This document shows, in pieces, positions 9,727-18,824 of a DNA stretch of 64,000 nucleotides; the stretch's first letter is position 1, and each line of letters begins with the position of its first letter. The translations under genes were made by a program, and so were the position numbers. The stretch is from an uncultured Nitrososphaerota archaeon. Lineage in GTDB: Archaea; Thermoproteota; Nitrososphaeria; Nitrososphaerales; Nitrosopumilaceae. A model generated the notes under the pieces. That model was not told where the DNA came from and made no database searches. It saw nothing but the letters and a program-made list of their open reading frames with translations. Location of the stretch: the NCBI GenBank assembly GCA_963701075.1, contig OY969559.1:1504001-1568000 (forward strand). Reading direction: 5' to 3'.

Positions 9727-9850
9727 AATTACGTCAGTATTGATCTTAAACTATCTTTAAATCATAACGTGTCTATTACGTGAGTTGAGAACTTTTGTTC
9801 GTAAAGTTGGGGTTTTTATTTTTGCTTGCTGTCTACAAAAAGACAGCCCC
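9727..9850 (-). repeat. casposon-end/promoter repeat (unit 3) with terminal GGGG
   Basis: Reverse complement begins GGGGCTGTCTTTTTGTAGACAGCAAGCAAAAATAAAAACCCC; degenerate direct copy of 12538-12656. Confidence 0.7.
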
Positions 9851-9893
9851 ATCAGGCCTAGAAATTTCCGTATGACTTGCAGTCACGTTGTGG

Positions 9894-10124
9894 TTAATCT
9901 CCTTTTTTTCCTCTGAGCAGTTCTGACATGTCACCTAAAAGGTAAATGAATCCTATTGCAAACATTGTACCTGAAATCATCAGTAATGCAAAACCTAGAA
10001 AATCAACTTGAGAGTAATTTTCAATATTGGCGCCATTTAGATAGTTCCATGATTCGTAAAGCCCAACTATTGATACCGTGGTCAGAATAATTTCAAACAG
10101 CATTGTTTTTCCTGTCATGGTCAA
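9894..10124 (-). CDS. two-TM small membrane protein
   Basis: ORF track; two hydrophobic segments. Confidence 0.7.
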   Translation of the reverse strand: MTMTGKTMLFEIILTTVSIVGLYESWNYLNGANIENYSQVDFLGFALLMISGTMFAIGFIYLLGDMSELLRGKKGD

Positions 10125-10167
10125 AATATTCCTCTTTCTTTTTCTTCCAAGTCCATAATCTGTTCTT

Positions 10168-10350
10168 CTACTGACTTATATTGACATTCTCGTATGACAT
10201 ATTTTTGCCATACCATTCTTCGATCTCAGGTTCTTTGAATGAGTCGGTGGTATTTTTGAGAACAATGTTTGAATCTTTTACGTTTATTGAAAAACCGTAG
10301 CCCTTTAGGAATTTTATATTGTAATAATTTCGTTTTTCTATCTGTGTCAT
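10168..10350 (-). pseudogene. cas1: casposase cas1 N-terminal fragment (unit 2)
   Basis: MTQIEKRNYYNIKFLKGYGFSINVKDSNIVLKNTTDSFKEPEIEEWYGKNMSYE resembles the N-terminus of thaumarchaeal casposon Cas1 as recalled; truncated at 60 aa. Confidence 0.75.
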
Positions 10351-10358
10351 AAATAAAA

Positions 10359-10760
10359 TTATTCCAACAATTTGCCGGTGACGGCACCAACAAAATTAAT
10401 TTGACTACCATGTTCGCTACTTATTGAAAAATAACATTCCCAAGTGACTTCCCAGACATACTCGTTATTCTCGTGATTCTTAAATGGAGAGGCAATAGCC
10501 AAAGACATATCCTTCATAGTTCTTTCATCTACGGCAAACAGAGTATCGTTTTTTACATGAAGTAAGTGTATGCCTACATTACGTAATTCATTAGGACTAT
10601 TGTCTGCACAAAGAGATCTCTGCATGGCAACGTCAAACGCTTTCTGTTTGGATAAAAAATGTGGATTTCCAAGATAGTCAAAGAGAATCAACAGTCCGCT
10701 GATTATGCCGATTGAAAAAATAACAATTGTTGCAACAGTAATTGGTTTTTTTCTCATCAC
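10359..10760 (-). CDS. membrane-anchored PepSY-like small protein (cargo of unit 2)
   Basis: N-terminal TM; LSKQKAFDVA...YVWEVTW...FVGAVTGKLL is a PepSY-like pattern. Confidence 0.75.
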   Translation of the reverse strand: MMRKKPITVATIVIFSIGIISGLLILFDYLGNPHFLSKQKAFDVAMQRSLCADNSPNELRNVGIHLLHVKNDTLFAVDERTMKDMSLAIASPFKNHENNEYVWEVTWECYFSISSEHGSQINFVGAVTGKLLE

Positions 10761-10764
10761 ATGA

Positions 10765-10803
10765 CATTACTTTCGTAATGATTTAACCACTTTCCAACAA
10801 ATC
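10765..10803 (-). repeat. partial casposon-end promoter repeat (unit 2)
   Basis: CATTACTTTCGTAATGATTTAACCACTTTCCAACAAATC versus TATTACTTTTATCATGATCTTAAATCATTTCCAACAAATC at 12538. Confidence 0.7.
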
Positions 10804-10960
10804 CCACGACCATAATGACTCTAGGTATGACGCCTTTTCATGATGTCAGCGGCGGGGATTGCATTTTTGTAGACAAAGTAAAAATGTTTTACCCCTGTTT
10901 TACTCGTAGAAATATGTTATTGTCGCAAAACTTTAGAAGATTAGAAAATAATCAAATTCA

Positions 10961-11884
10961 ATGAATGTCATAATAGTGGTTGGAATCTGTCTGTTGATGG
11001 CATTCTCTTGTTCCAATCTTGTTTTTGCACAAAAAGTTCTCACAAATCCCAATATTACAGCCACGACTGACAAATCATCCTACATCTTTGGTGATACAAT
11101 TGTAATTTCTGGCACTGTTAAAACTGTTCTACAGGGAAATATTATGACCATCCAAATTTTAGATCCCTATAGTAATTTAATTCAGACAGCACAGGGTAGC
11201 GTTGCTCAAGATGGCTCTTATGCAGACGCTGTGGAGATAGCCGGCACTGGGTGGAAATCAAGTGGTGTTTATACAGTTCTAGTTCAATATGGTTCTGAAG
11301 TTCAAACCCAAACAACTTTTGCATTTACGGCAACAACGGCTCCGATCAATGATACATTCCAAGTACAAATTCCAAATAATAGTCAGATCTTTAATGTGCC
11401 ATATACAATATTCGGAGGATCAGTGACGAACATGTCTGTTAATGCCTTGAATCCTTCTCTGACTGTATCCATACTACCAGTTAATTACGGCACAATTACA
11501 CTTTCGCTCCCACGGTCTTTGCTTGATGCAAAGACAAGTAATGGTACGGACGAACCGTTTACCATCTTAATTGATGGTATACAAATTATACCACAAAAAG
11601 AACAAGTGACTTCAAGTGATAGAACTTTGTCAATACAGTTCCTGCGAGGAGATAAAAATATCCAAATTATTGGTACCAGTGTGACACCTCAAAATAATTC
11701 TACTATTAACACGCCAAGCACAAATTTGACCACAAGTCAACAACCATCCGCACAAGTCACTAACATGTCAAAACCTATTTCGGCAGTACCTGAATTTCCT
11801 AATGGAATAATCCCCTTTATAGCTGCATTAATCGTCATGGTTGTACTTACAAGAACTACGTTTAGACAAATAATTAGGACATGA
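10961..11884 (+). CDS. secreted surface protein with PEF-CTERM anchor
   Basis: Signal peptide; TDKSSYIFGDTIVISG; LPRSLLDAK; VPEFP plus TM. Confidence 0.9.
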   Translation: MNVIIVVGICLLMAFSCSNLVFAQKVLTNPNITATTDKSSYIFGDTIVISGTVKTVLQGNIMTIQILDPYSNLIQTAQGSVAQDGSYADAVEIAGTGWKSSGVYTVLVQYGSEVQTQTTFAFTATTAPINDTFQVQIPNNSQIFNVPYTIFGGSVTNMSVNALNPSLTVSILPVNYGTITLSLPRSLLDAKTSNGTDEPFTILIDGIQIIPQKEQVTSSDRTLSIQFLRGDKNIQIIGTSVTPQNNSTINTPSTNLTTSQQPSAQVTNMSKPISAVPEFPNGIIPFIAALIVMVVLTRTTFRQIIRT

Positions 11885-11918
11885 TTCTAAAGTTATGAAC
11901 GAGTCAATGCCGATCTCT

Positions 11919-12065
11919 TTAAATTATTTCGAGAAAACTGAAGTGTGAATTGAATGGGTCAGATGTATTTTTGAGAAATATTTTAGAGTTTTTTACGTTT
12001 ATTGAAAAGCCGTAGCCTTTTAGGAATTTTACGTTGTAGTGATTTTGTTTCCCTTTAAGAGTCAA
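11919..12065 (-). pseudogene. cas1: casposase cas1 N-terminal fragment (unit 1)
   Basis: TTG start overlaps the upstream TGA: MTLKGKQNHYNVKFLKGYGFSINVKNSKIFLKNTSDPFNSHFSFLEII*; close to 10168..10350. Confidence 0.75.
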
Positions 12066-12532
12066 TTTGGATGTAATACGATTGAAACGAATCCATAAGT
12101 TAGAAGACCCATGCCGAGAATTTCAAAAAATACTACTATGATTATCCATTTTGCTTGTTTGAATTCGTCTTCCGTCACTCTCTTTCTGCCAATAGAAATG
12201 TAATACACAAACCAAATCATGTCTATGCAAACTATCATTCCACCAAGCGAATATTTGCCAAGGTCACTAACAGCTACTAATCGAAAAGATGCGATAGTAG
12301 GCACAATTCCAAGAATCAAAACTTCCATGGATTCGATTAGATAATGATTTACCTTTGGGATACGTCTTACAAAAATCAAAAATAAACCAAAGACAGAGAA
12401 GCCAATGACAGTAACAAGATCTTTCCATTCTTGATCTAGTTTCAAATATGCGTCAAAAACAGCACGTAATAGAATGAATAATGCCGTAACCAGCAATATG
12501 GTAATAACTATGGAACGTGGCTTGAGTTTCAC
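12062..12532 (-). CDS. multi-TM membrane protein (cargo of unit 1)
   Basis: ORF track; about five hydrophobic helices. Confidence 0.8.
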   Translation of the reverse strand: MKLKPRSIVITILLVTALFILLRAVFDAYLKLDQEWKDLVTVIGFSVFGLFLIFVRRIPKVNHYLIESMEVLILGIVPTIASFRLVAVSDLGKYSLGGMIVCIDMIWFVYYISIGRKRVTEDEFKQAKWIIIVVFFEILGMGLLTYGFVSIVLHPN

Positions 12533-12638
12533 AGAGTTATTACTTTTATCATGATCTTAAATCATTTCCAACAAATCATACTTTCGTTATTACCTAGTTA
12601 GCTTCAATTTCCACGCCTAAACGGGGGGTTTACTATTT

Positions 12639-14831
12639 TTACTCTTTATCTACAAACTCATCTGCTGTCGGAGGTTCTGGACTGAGACCCTTTCTCTTTC
12701 TAAGATCAGCCACGATGGTTGACAGGATAGAGTTTGGAACTGGCGTCCATGCCTTAAAGTGAGTGTTCCACATTGCTTTTCCTGCAGTCTGCCCACGCAT
12801 TACCTCAGACAAGTCAAATGTTTCAGATGCAGGAATCTCTCCAGTGATAATATTTACAACACCTTTTTGTTCCATGTTTAGAACCTTGCCCCTCTTTCCT
12901 GATATGACACCTGCTACGTTGCCAATGAGTTCTTGCGGAATCCTGACCTCAATTCCAAGTGTTGGCTCTAGCAGTACTGGTTGAGCAAGCAACATTGCAC
13001 CCATGCATGCACGCCTTGATGCAGGTCCTAGTTGTGACAGACCTCGGTGTGCCGGGTCTTCGTGTGGTACAAAATGATGGAATGTAAACTTGCATCCCCT
13101 TACCTGTTCTCGAGTAAGTGGGCCTTCCTTCATGGTATCATCAAATCCTGAAAGTATAGAATCGGTTGATTCCTGAACAAACTGGACACCTTTTGTGCCG
13201 TCAACCATAACATTTCCTCTGGGATCAAACCTCATCACACGTTTTGCGTCGTCTCCGTCCCAGCCGACTTCTTTCAATATCTTTTGTACTTCCTTCTTGT
13301 CTTTGTATTCATTTAGTGTGCCGTTTCTTATCATCTCAGCTACCTTCTCGTCGAGCGGTTCTACTTTCAGAAATATCTTGTTGTGTCTGTTAGGTGATTT
13401 TGCCATGATAGGTCCTGCAGAACCACGAATTGTCTCCCTATAATTTATCAAAGGTTGCGAAGTGACAATATCCACTTTGGCATCTGCAATCAATGCTGTT
13501 GCAATCTCAAGGTGAAGCACACCCATGCCGGCAATCACAGTCTCTCCGCTTTCCTCGTTTATCTTTACGACCAAGTTGGGGTCTTCAATTGTAATTCTGT
13601 TTAGTGCCTCGACAAGTTTTGGCAAGTCTTTTGGATGTTTTGGTTCTACTGCAATTTGCACAACTGGTTCGGACACATACTGGATTCCCTCAAATGTATG
13701 AACGCCTGCTACTGTAGATATTGTCTGGCCTGCCCTTGCATATTCCAATCCCAAAAGTGCCGGAATGTTTCCTGCTGCAAGTTCTCCTACCATCTCTCGC
13801 TGGTTGCCCATGAAAAAGTTGACAGACTGGATTCTTCCCTCTCGTTTTGTATCAATGATATGAATCCTGTCACCATCTTTTATCTTGCCAGAAAATAATC
13901 TCCCTATTGCCACAGGACCAGCGGCCGGGTCAACTGTCATGTTTACAATCATCATTATGGCAGGGCCATTATCGTCACAACTGAGCAGTGCCTTTCCAAT
14001 GTCAGAGTCAAGATCACCTTTCCAAATCTTTGGAATTCTATACCTTTGTGCAACGTCAGGCGGTGGATGATGTTTTACTACCATTCCAAGAACTGCATCA
14101 TATAGCGGAGCCTTTTCTGCAAGATCCTTGACACTTCCGCCCTCAGAATAGGCAGCAAAAATATCTTTGAATGATATTCCTTTTTTCTTCATCACGTCGG
14201 CATTAAATCCCCACTTGTCCTTGGCAGAACCAAATGAGACGCTACCGTCCTGAATGCTTACTTTCCACTTTTCCTTGTATTCAGGTTCTGCATAAATGTC
14301 AATTAGCCTGTTAAAGTTGGTCACAATCTCAAGCAGCCATTCCTGCATCTTGTCAGGTGTTAATCTTAATTCCTTTATGAGACGGTCAATCTTGTTGATA
14401 TAAAGTACTGGTCGCACCCTCTCTTCTAGCGCTTGGCGGGTTACTGTCTCGGTCTGGGTCATGATACCCTCTACAGAGTCAGATACCACAACTGCCCCAT
14501 CAATTGCCCTAAGGCTTCTAGTCACACGGCCAGTAAAGTCAATGTGACCTGGAGTATCAATCATGTTGATGACATATTCTTGATCATCTTTTTCATAGAG
14601 TAGAGTAACATTTGCCTGCACGATGGTCATCTGCCTGTCTTGCTCCAATTTCATCGAGTCAAGTGCAAGCGCCTGTCCTGCCACAGATGGACTGATGATA
14701 CCGCTTGATGCAAGAAGACTATCACTCATTGTAGTTTTGCCGTGATCTACATGAGCTATCACACCAAAATTTCTGATGTGGCTCTTGTCTCCAATAATTT
14801 TGAGAATCTGCTCAGTCGCCTTAAATTTCAT
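12639..14831 (-). CDS. fusA: translation elongation factor aEF-2
   Basis: AHVDHGKTT, DTPGH, NKID GTPase motifs; HEDPAHRG diphthamide loop; 730 aa. Confidence 0.99.
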   Translation of the reverse strand: MKFKATEQILKIIGDKSHIRNFGVIAHVDHGKTTMSDSLLASSGIISPSVAGQALALDSMKLEQDRQMTIVQANVTLLYEKDDQEYVINMIDTPGHIDFTGRVTRSLRAIDGAVVVSDSVEGIMTQTETVTRQALEERVRPVLYINKIDRLIKELRLTPDKMQEWLLEIVTNFNRLIDIYAEPEYKEKWKVSIQDGSVSFGSAKDKWGFNADVMKKKGISFKDIFAAYSEGGSVKDLAEKAPLYDAVLGMVVKHHPPPDVAQRYRIPKIWKGDLDSDIGKALLSCDDNGPAIMMIVNMTVDPAAGPVAIGRLFSGKIKDGDRIHIIDTKREGRIQSVNFFMGNQREMVGELAAGNIPALLGLEYARAGQTISTVAGVHTFEGIQYVSEPVVQIAVEPKHPKDLPKLVEALNRITIEDPNLVVKINEESGETVIAGMGVLHLEIATALIADAKVDIVTSQPLINYRETIRGSAGPIMAKSPNRHNKIFLKVEPLDEKVAEMIRNGTLNEYKDKKEVQKILKEVGWDGDDAKRVMRFDPRGNVMVDGTKGVQFVQESTDSILSGFDDTMKEGPLTREQVRGCKFTFHHFVPHEDPAHRGLSQLGPASRRACMGAMLLAQPVLLEPTLGIEVRIPQELIGNVAGVISGKRGKVLNMEQKGVVNIITGEIPASETFDLSEVMRGQTAGKAMWNTHFKAWTPVPNSILSTIVADLRKRKGLSPEPPTADEFVDKE

Positions 14832-14889
14832 GTTTTAGCTAAATCCTTTTCTAGCCGCTATTAAACGTTTACAAGAATTATACAATAAA

Positions 14890-15798
14890 TCAATAGATCA
14901 TGGAAGAACTGGTGTTTCGCAATCTTTTTTCTTCAATAAAGAAACAGTCTTTCCTATTTTTCTTTTTTGCTGCATACAATGCAATCAATTCTGAAACAAA
15001 TATGAAAAACAAAATCTGCTCCTGAAGATTTCTAGTTTTAGGACAAGGTCTTTTTGTTACCAATCCGTAATTTTTCAGAGCCTTCAAGAGTTTTTCATTG
15101 TACGGATCTTTTGCATCAAACAAGATGACCGTATCGCCTTTTCTTGCTGAAAACAATCCCATGTGTGAGAACTGCTCTATTCTCTCATAGTGAGCGTCTG
15201 CACCAACTGTCTCGTATAATTTGGCTGCACAAAACATGGCAATTGGCATAGTATGGAGATTGCCCAACACGTAGATCTTGCCACCAAGAGATATCTTCCT
15301 TGCCGCATTCTTGGCCGCACGATATATCCCAGATACGTTTCTTATTTCATACCTAGATACAAGCGACAGACATGCAAGTGCGCTTGCTAGAAAACTTATG
15401 CTTCCGGAGGTCTGGATACCAGTAGAATCAAACTTTAACAAGACGGTTTTCTTACACGCTCTTGCAAGTTTGCTACTACCATTTGCCGTAATAGCAACCG
15501 TTCTTTTGGCAAGTTTTCCAAGTCTGATATTTGATACAGTATTTCCAGAGATAGATATCAAGTAAAGGTCATGCCCCTGCAATATCTTGCTATTCTTGAT
15601 TAGATCTAGCGGATCATGGGCTTTGGCTCTAAATTGTGAGAAAACTTCTGCCAGTTGTGCCGATGCAAAAGAGTCGCCCGTTCCACAAAAGATTGCTTTT
15701 TTCTGTTTGCTAATAGCTAGTCTTCTTTGCGGCACAAATTGTTCCAAAAAATCAAGCTGCATCTTGATTTCTTTTTCAAGTGCAGCAATAGTTGACAT
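14890..15798 (-). CDS. SIS-domain sugar isomerase-like protein
   Basis: FCGTGDS, ISISGNT, TANGSSKLA, EQFSHMG motifs; start at MSTIAALE chosen. Confidence 0.85.
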   Translation of the reverse strand: MSTIAALEKEIKMQLDFLEQFVPQRRLAISKQKKAIFCGTGDSFASAQLAEVFSQFRAKAHDPLDLIKNSKILQGHDLYLISISGNTVSNIRLGKLAKRTVAITANGSSKLARACKKTVLLKFDSTGIQTSGSISFLASALACLSLVSRYEIRNVSGIYRAAKNAARKISLGGKIYVLGNLHTMPIAMFCAAKLYETVGADAHYERIEQFSHMGLFSARKGDTVILFDAKDPYNEKLLKALKNYGLVTKRPCPKTRNLQEQILFFIFVSELIALYAAKKKNRKDCFFIEEKRLRNTSSSMIY

Positions 15799-15835
15799 AA
15801 CTTGGATATTTATAATAGGGGTAAAAATCCTACTT

Positions 15836-16657
15836 ATGGAAATAACGGTTGGCCACACGCCAGATTCTGATGACGCTTTCATGTTTTATGCAATGTTGAC
15901 TGGCAAGGTTACATCCCCCCACTTTAAGGTCAATCATGTTGTAGAAGATATCGAGACTTTAAACAAGCGCGCCTTAAACCATGAGCTTGATGTCACAGCA
16001 GTTTCTGCACATGCTTGTGCATACATTAGAGATTATACCATACTAAGAAGTGGTGGAAGTTTTGGCAAGGGCTATGGTCCAATTGTAATTTCAAAACAAA
16101 GTCTTTCTCCTGACCAATTACGTCGCTCCAAGATAGCAATTCCCGGAAAGATGACTTCGGCATTTCTTTTGCTGCAGTTAATGATTGGCAAATTTGATTA
16201 CGTTGAGATGAAATTTAGCGATATACCAGATGCTGTTTTAAGAGGCGATGTAGATGCAGGGCTTGTCATACATGAGACCCAGATAACGTACGAACAAAAC
16301 AAATTCGTAAAGATAATGGATGCAGGCGAGTGGTGGCGCAATAACACAGGCGGTCTTCCAGTTCCTCTTGGAGTAAACGTAATGAGTAATCATTTTGGTC
16401 TTGATACAATAAAACAGTTTGATGCATTTTTCAAAGAGTCGATTGTTTATGGAATGGCCCGTATTGGAGATGCACTTGATTATGCAATGCAGTACAGCAG
16501 AGGGCAGCCAAGAGATCTCATTGAGAGATTTGTGCGCATGTATGTAAACGATATCACTATCGAGATGGGCATACTTGGAGAGCATGCCACACGAAGCCTG
16601 TTTCAGTTAGGAATAGAAAAGGGATTCATTCCAGAATTTGATCTAAGATTTGCATAA
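15836..16657 (+). CDS. mqnD: 1,4-dihydroxy-6-naphthoate synthase (futalosine pathway)
   Basis: GHTPDSDDAFMFYA, DIETLN, SFGKGYGP, AIPGKMTSA, VIHE, LPVPLG. Confidence 0.92.
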   Translation: MEITVGHTPDSDDAFMFYAMLTGKVTSPHFKVNHVVEDIETLNKRALNHELDVTAVSAHACAYIRDYTILRSGGSFGKGYGPIVISKQSLSPDQLRRSKIAIPGKMTSAFLLLQLMIGKFDYVEMKFSDIPDAVLRGDVDAGLVIHETQITYEQNKFVKIMDAGEWWRNNTGGLPVPLGVNVMSNHFGLDTIKQFDAFFKESIVYGMARIGDALDYAMQYSRGQPRDLIERFVRMYVNDITIEMGILGEHATRSLFQLGIEKGFIPEFDLRFA

Positions 16658-16717
16658 GACAAAAAAACCAAAATTGACAATCAATGGTTAATTAGGAGAC
16701 ATGTCAATCACGGTATT

Positions 16718-16996
16718 GTGGATAAGCGAGTCTTCCTCCTTGGCGTTGCAATGTTAGTGTCAGGTGGATTATCATGGTTCTACTTCAATAGCATCATGCC
16801 CATGGGGACGCCTAACATGACTGAAGATGAGACAAGTGCTTTCAACGAAGCCCAAGCAGTAAACACTGGCCTGACAAACATCTCTCAGATGGTGGCAGGA
16901 TTAGGATTCTTCATAGCCTTGATTAGTGTTGGCCTAAGGCGCAGAAAGAAAGGTGGGGTTGGAAAACCCGTTACACAAAAGCCTGCTGAAATCTAG
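16718..16996 (+). CDS. two-TM membrane protein
   Basis: ORF track; hydrophobic helices with basic tail. Confidence 0.8.
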   Translation: MDKRVFLLGVAMLVSGGLSWFYFNSIMPMGTPNMTEDETSAFNEAQAVNTGLTNISQMVAGLGFFIALISVGLRRRKKGGVGKPVTQKPAEI

Positions 16997-18090
16997 AACG
17001 TTTTTAAAATATTGAAAAATGTGTCTCGCTGGGCTGCATCTCTTCCAATTTCTTTTATCATGTTTGCAAGTTCCTGAATAGAAGAGTTTGTTCCCCTACC
17101 AGCAGCACGGTAAATCTCTTCTGAGAAAGCAGTGCCAACCAGATCGTTTCCACCATATGTGAGAGCCACCTGCGCCAGTTTCTTTCCTAGTGCCACCCAG
17201 TAAACAGATATGTTGTCAAGTTGTTTTGCCAACATCAGCCTTGAAACAGCAATAACTCTCAGATCATATGTAGAGGGACTTTCAGACTTTACTAGGCCTG
17301 CTTTTTCAAGTTCTGTATTTTCCAAGCTAAATTTGAGAGGAATCAAAGTGATAAAGCCCTTGGTTCTTTTCTGGACCTCTCTTAATTTTACCAAATGATC
17401 CACAATGTGTTCTGGTTTCTCTATATGGCCAAAAAGCATGGTTGCATTACTCTTGATGCCCAGATTATGGACCTGCTCTATAGTATCAAGCCATTCTTGC
17501 CCGGAACACTTGCCTCTAACTATCTTATTTCGTATCTCCGGATGAAACAGCTCTGCGCCGCCACCGGGCATGGTGTCAAGGCCAGATGCCTTGAGCCTTG
17601 TGAGAACCTCTTTTACTGAATTTTTTGTCAATTTTGATAAAAAGAATATCTCCGCAGCAGTCAGAGCTTTTATGTTCATTTCAGGATGACTCTTTTTTAT
17701 TGTCCTGAACATTTCTTCGTAATACTCTAAAGGTAGCTCAGGATGAAATCCCCCAACTATATGTACCTCAGTTGCCCCCAGTTCTTTTGCCTTGCCCACT
17801 CTGGCTTCAATATCCTGTGGAGTTAGTGTATAGGCATCACTTTCGTTTCCCTTCCTATAAAATGCACACATCTGGCAACTTGCGGCACAAACATTTGTGT
17901 AATTTAGATAATAAGATGCGGCAAAGGTTACAGTGTTTCCTGATTGTTTCTGTCTTATCAAATCGGCTGCGGCGCCTAACATGTAAAGATTATCGTAAGA
18001 CATTAGCTCAAGGCCGTCATCATACGAGAGTTCCTCTCCAGAAATGGCCTTCTCAAGTGCTTTGGAGTCTCTGACTAGCTTCTCTAACAT
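16993..18090 (-). CDS. mqnE: CofH/MqnE-family radical SAM enzyme (aminofutalosine synthase-like)
   Basis: NYTNVCAASCQMCAF, EVHIVGG, MPGGGAE, NATMLFGHIE; near mqnD. Confidence 0.85.
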   Translation of the reverse strand: MLEKLVRDSKALEKAISGEELSYDDGLELMSYDNLYMLGAAADLIRQKQSGNTVTFAASYYLNYTNVCAASCQMCAFYRKGNESDAYTLTPQDIEARVGKAKELGATEVHIVGGFHPELPLEYYEEMFRTIKKSHPEMNIKALTAAEIFFLSKLTKNSVKEVLTRLKASGLDTMPGGGAELFHPEIRNKIVRGKCSGQEWLDTIEQVHNLGIKSNATMLFGHIEKPEHIVDHLVKLREVQKRTKGFITLIPLKFSLENTELEKAGLVKSESPSTYDLRVIAVSRLMLAKQLDNISVYWVALGKKLAQVALTYGGNDLVGTAFSEEIYRAAGRGTNSSIQELANMIKEIGRDAAQRDTFFNILKTF

Positions 18091-18137
18091 GCCTTTGGTG
18101 ATTCTAATATCAATATAAAAGTAAACAGGGTATTTTA

Positions 18138-18296
18138 CTATCGAAACAACGCATTCCGGGTTATCTCTCTTGAACATTTGTTATTTTTGCTGCAATAGTC
18201 TTCGCATTCGTGGGCAGTGTTAGGTGCCTGATATCCAAATCCGCACTTTTCACAGAAATAATACTTTTTTCCTTTCCTATATTGTTCCTGAACCAT
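18138..18296 (-). CDS. small Cys-rich zinc-finger protein (52 aa)
   Basis: MVQEQYRKGKKYYFCEKCGFGYQAPNTAHECEDYCSKNNKCSREITRNALFR*. Confidence 0.8.
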   Translation of the reverse strand: MVQEQYRKGKKYYFCEKCGFGYQAPNTAHECEDYCSKNNKCSREITRNALFR

Positions 18297-18416
18297 ATGT
18301 GAGATCAATCAGTTCCCAAAATTTAGTATTTCGAAAAAATAGATGCATTTTTGTATAATAATACCATTCAGATCGTATGTCGCTATCTTATTTTATTCCT
18401 CATACTTGAGTAGATC

Positions 18417-18824
18417 ATGAAATTACATCATATCGGAGTTGTTGTACCTAACATACAAGATTCCATAGGAGAATTGAAAAAATATATGAGTTTTCAGAGT
18501 ACTAGTTTGCCTACGCCAGTTGGAAGCCAAAAGGTAAATGTTTGCTTGTTAAAAATTGGCGAGCCATTTTTGGAGTTGATAGAACCCACATCACGTGATT
18601 CTCCCATAACAGAATTTGCCTCAAGTGGGGGAGGGATTCACCACCTATGTTTTGAAGTAGATGACATACAAAAGGAATTAGACGACATGGCAATGAAAGG
18701 TGCAACGGTACTGGTAAAACCTGTGAAAGGTTTCGATGAGAGGCGCATTGCTTTTGTTGATCTAAATATGAAAAACACAAAGTGTGGACTCGTCGAGTTA
18801 CTTGAGACCAAGAAATTAGTTTAG
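18417..18824 (+). CDS. VOC/glyoxalase-family protein (methylmalonyl-CoA epimerase-like)
   Basis: LHHIGVVV, LELIEP, GGIHHLCFEVDDI, LVELLE. Confidence 0.9.
   Translation: MKLHHIGVVVPNIQDSIGELKKYMSFQSTSLPTPVGSQKVNVCLLKIGEPFLELIEPTSRDSPITEFASSGGGIHHLCFEVDDIQKELDDMAMKGATVLVKPVKGFDERRIAFVDLNMKNTKCGLVELLETKKLV

Larger units (their letters stand above)
10854..12668. mobile_element. internally deleted mini-casposon with imperfect terminal inverted repeats; right end overlaps the aEF-2 3' end
   Basis: Left end GGGGATTGCATTTTTGTAGACAAAG--TAAAAATGTTTTACCCCTGTTTTACTCGTAGAAAT (10854-10913) is an inverted copy of TTTGTAGATAAAGAGTAAAAATAGTAAACCCCCCGTTTAGGCGTGGAAAT (reverse complement of 12607-12656). Contains a cas1 stub. 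No clear target-site duplication. Confidence 0.7.

Noticed and set aside
10836-10853. Candidate target-site duplication for the mini-casposon
   Set aside because: TCATGATGTCAGCGG only loosely resembles the aEF-2 segment TCATCTGCTGTCGGAGG; too degenerate to call.
6191-12668. CRISPR array associated with the cas1 fragments
   Set aside because: No regularly spaced 24-48 nt repeats with unique spacers and no other cas genes; the context fits casposons.
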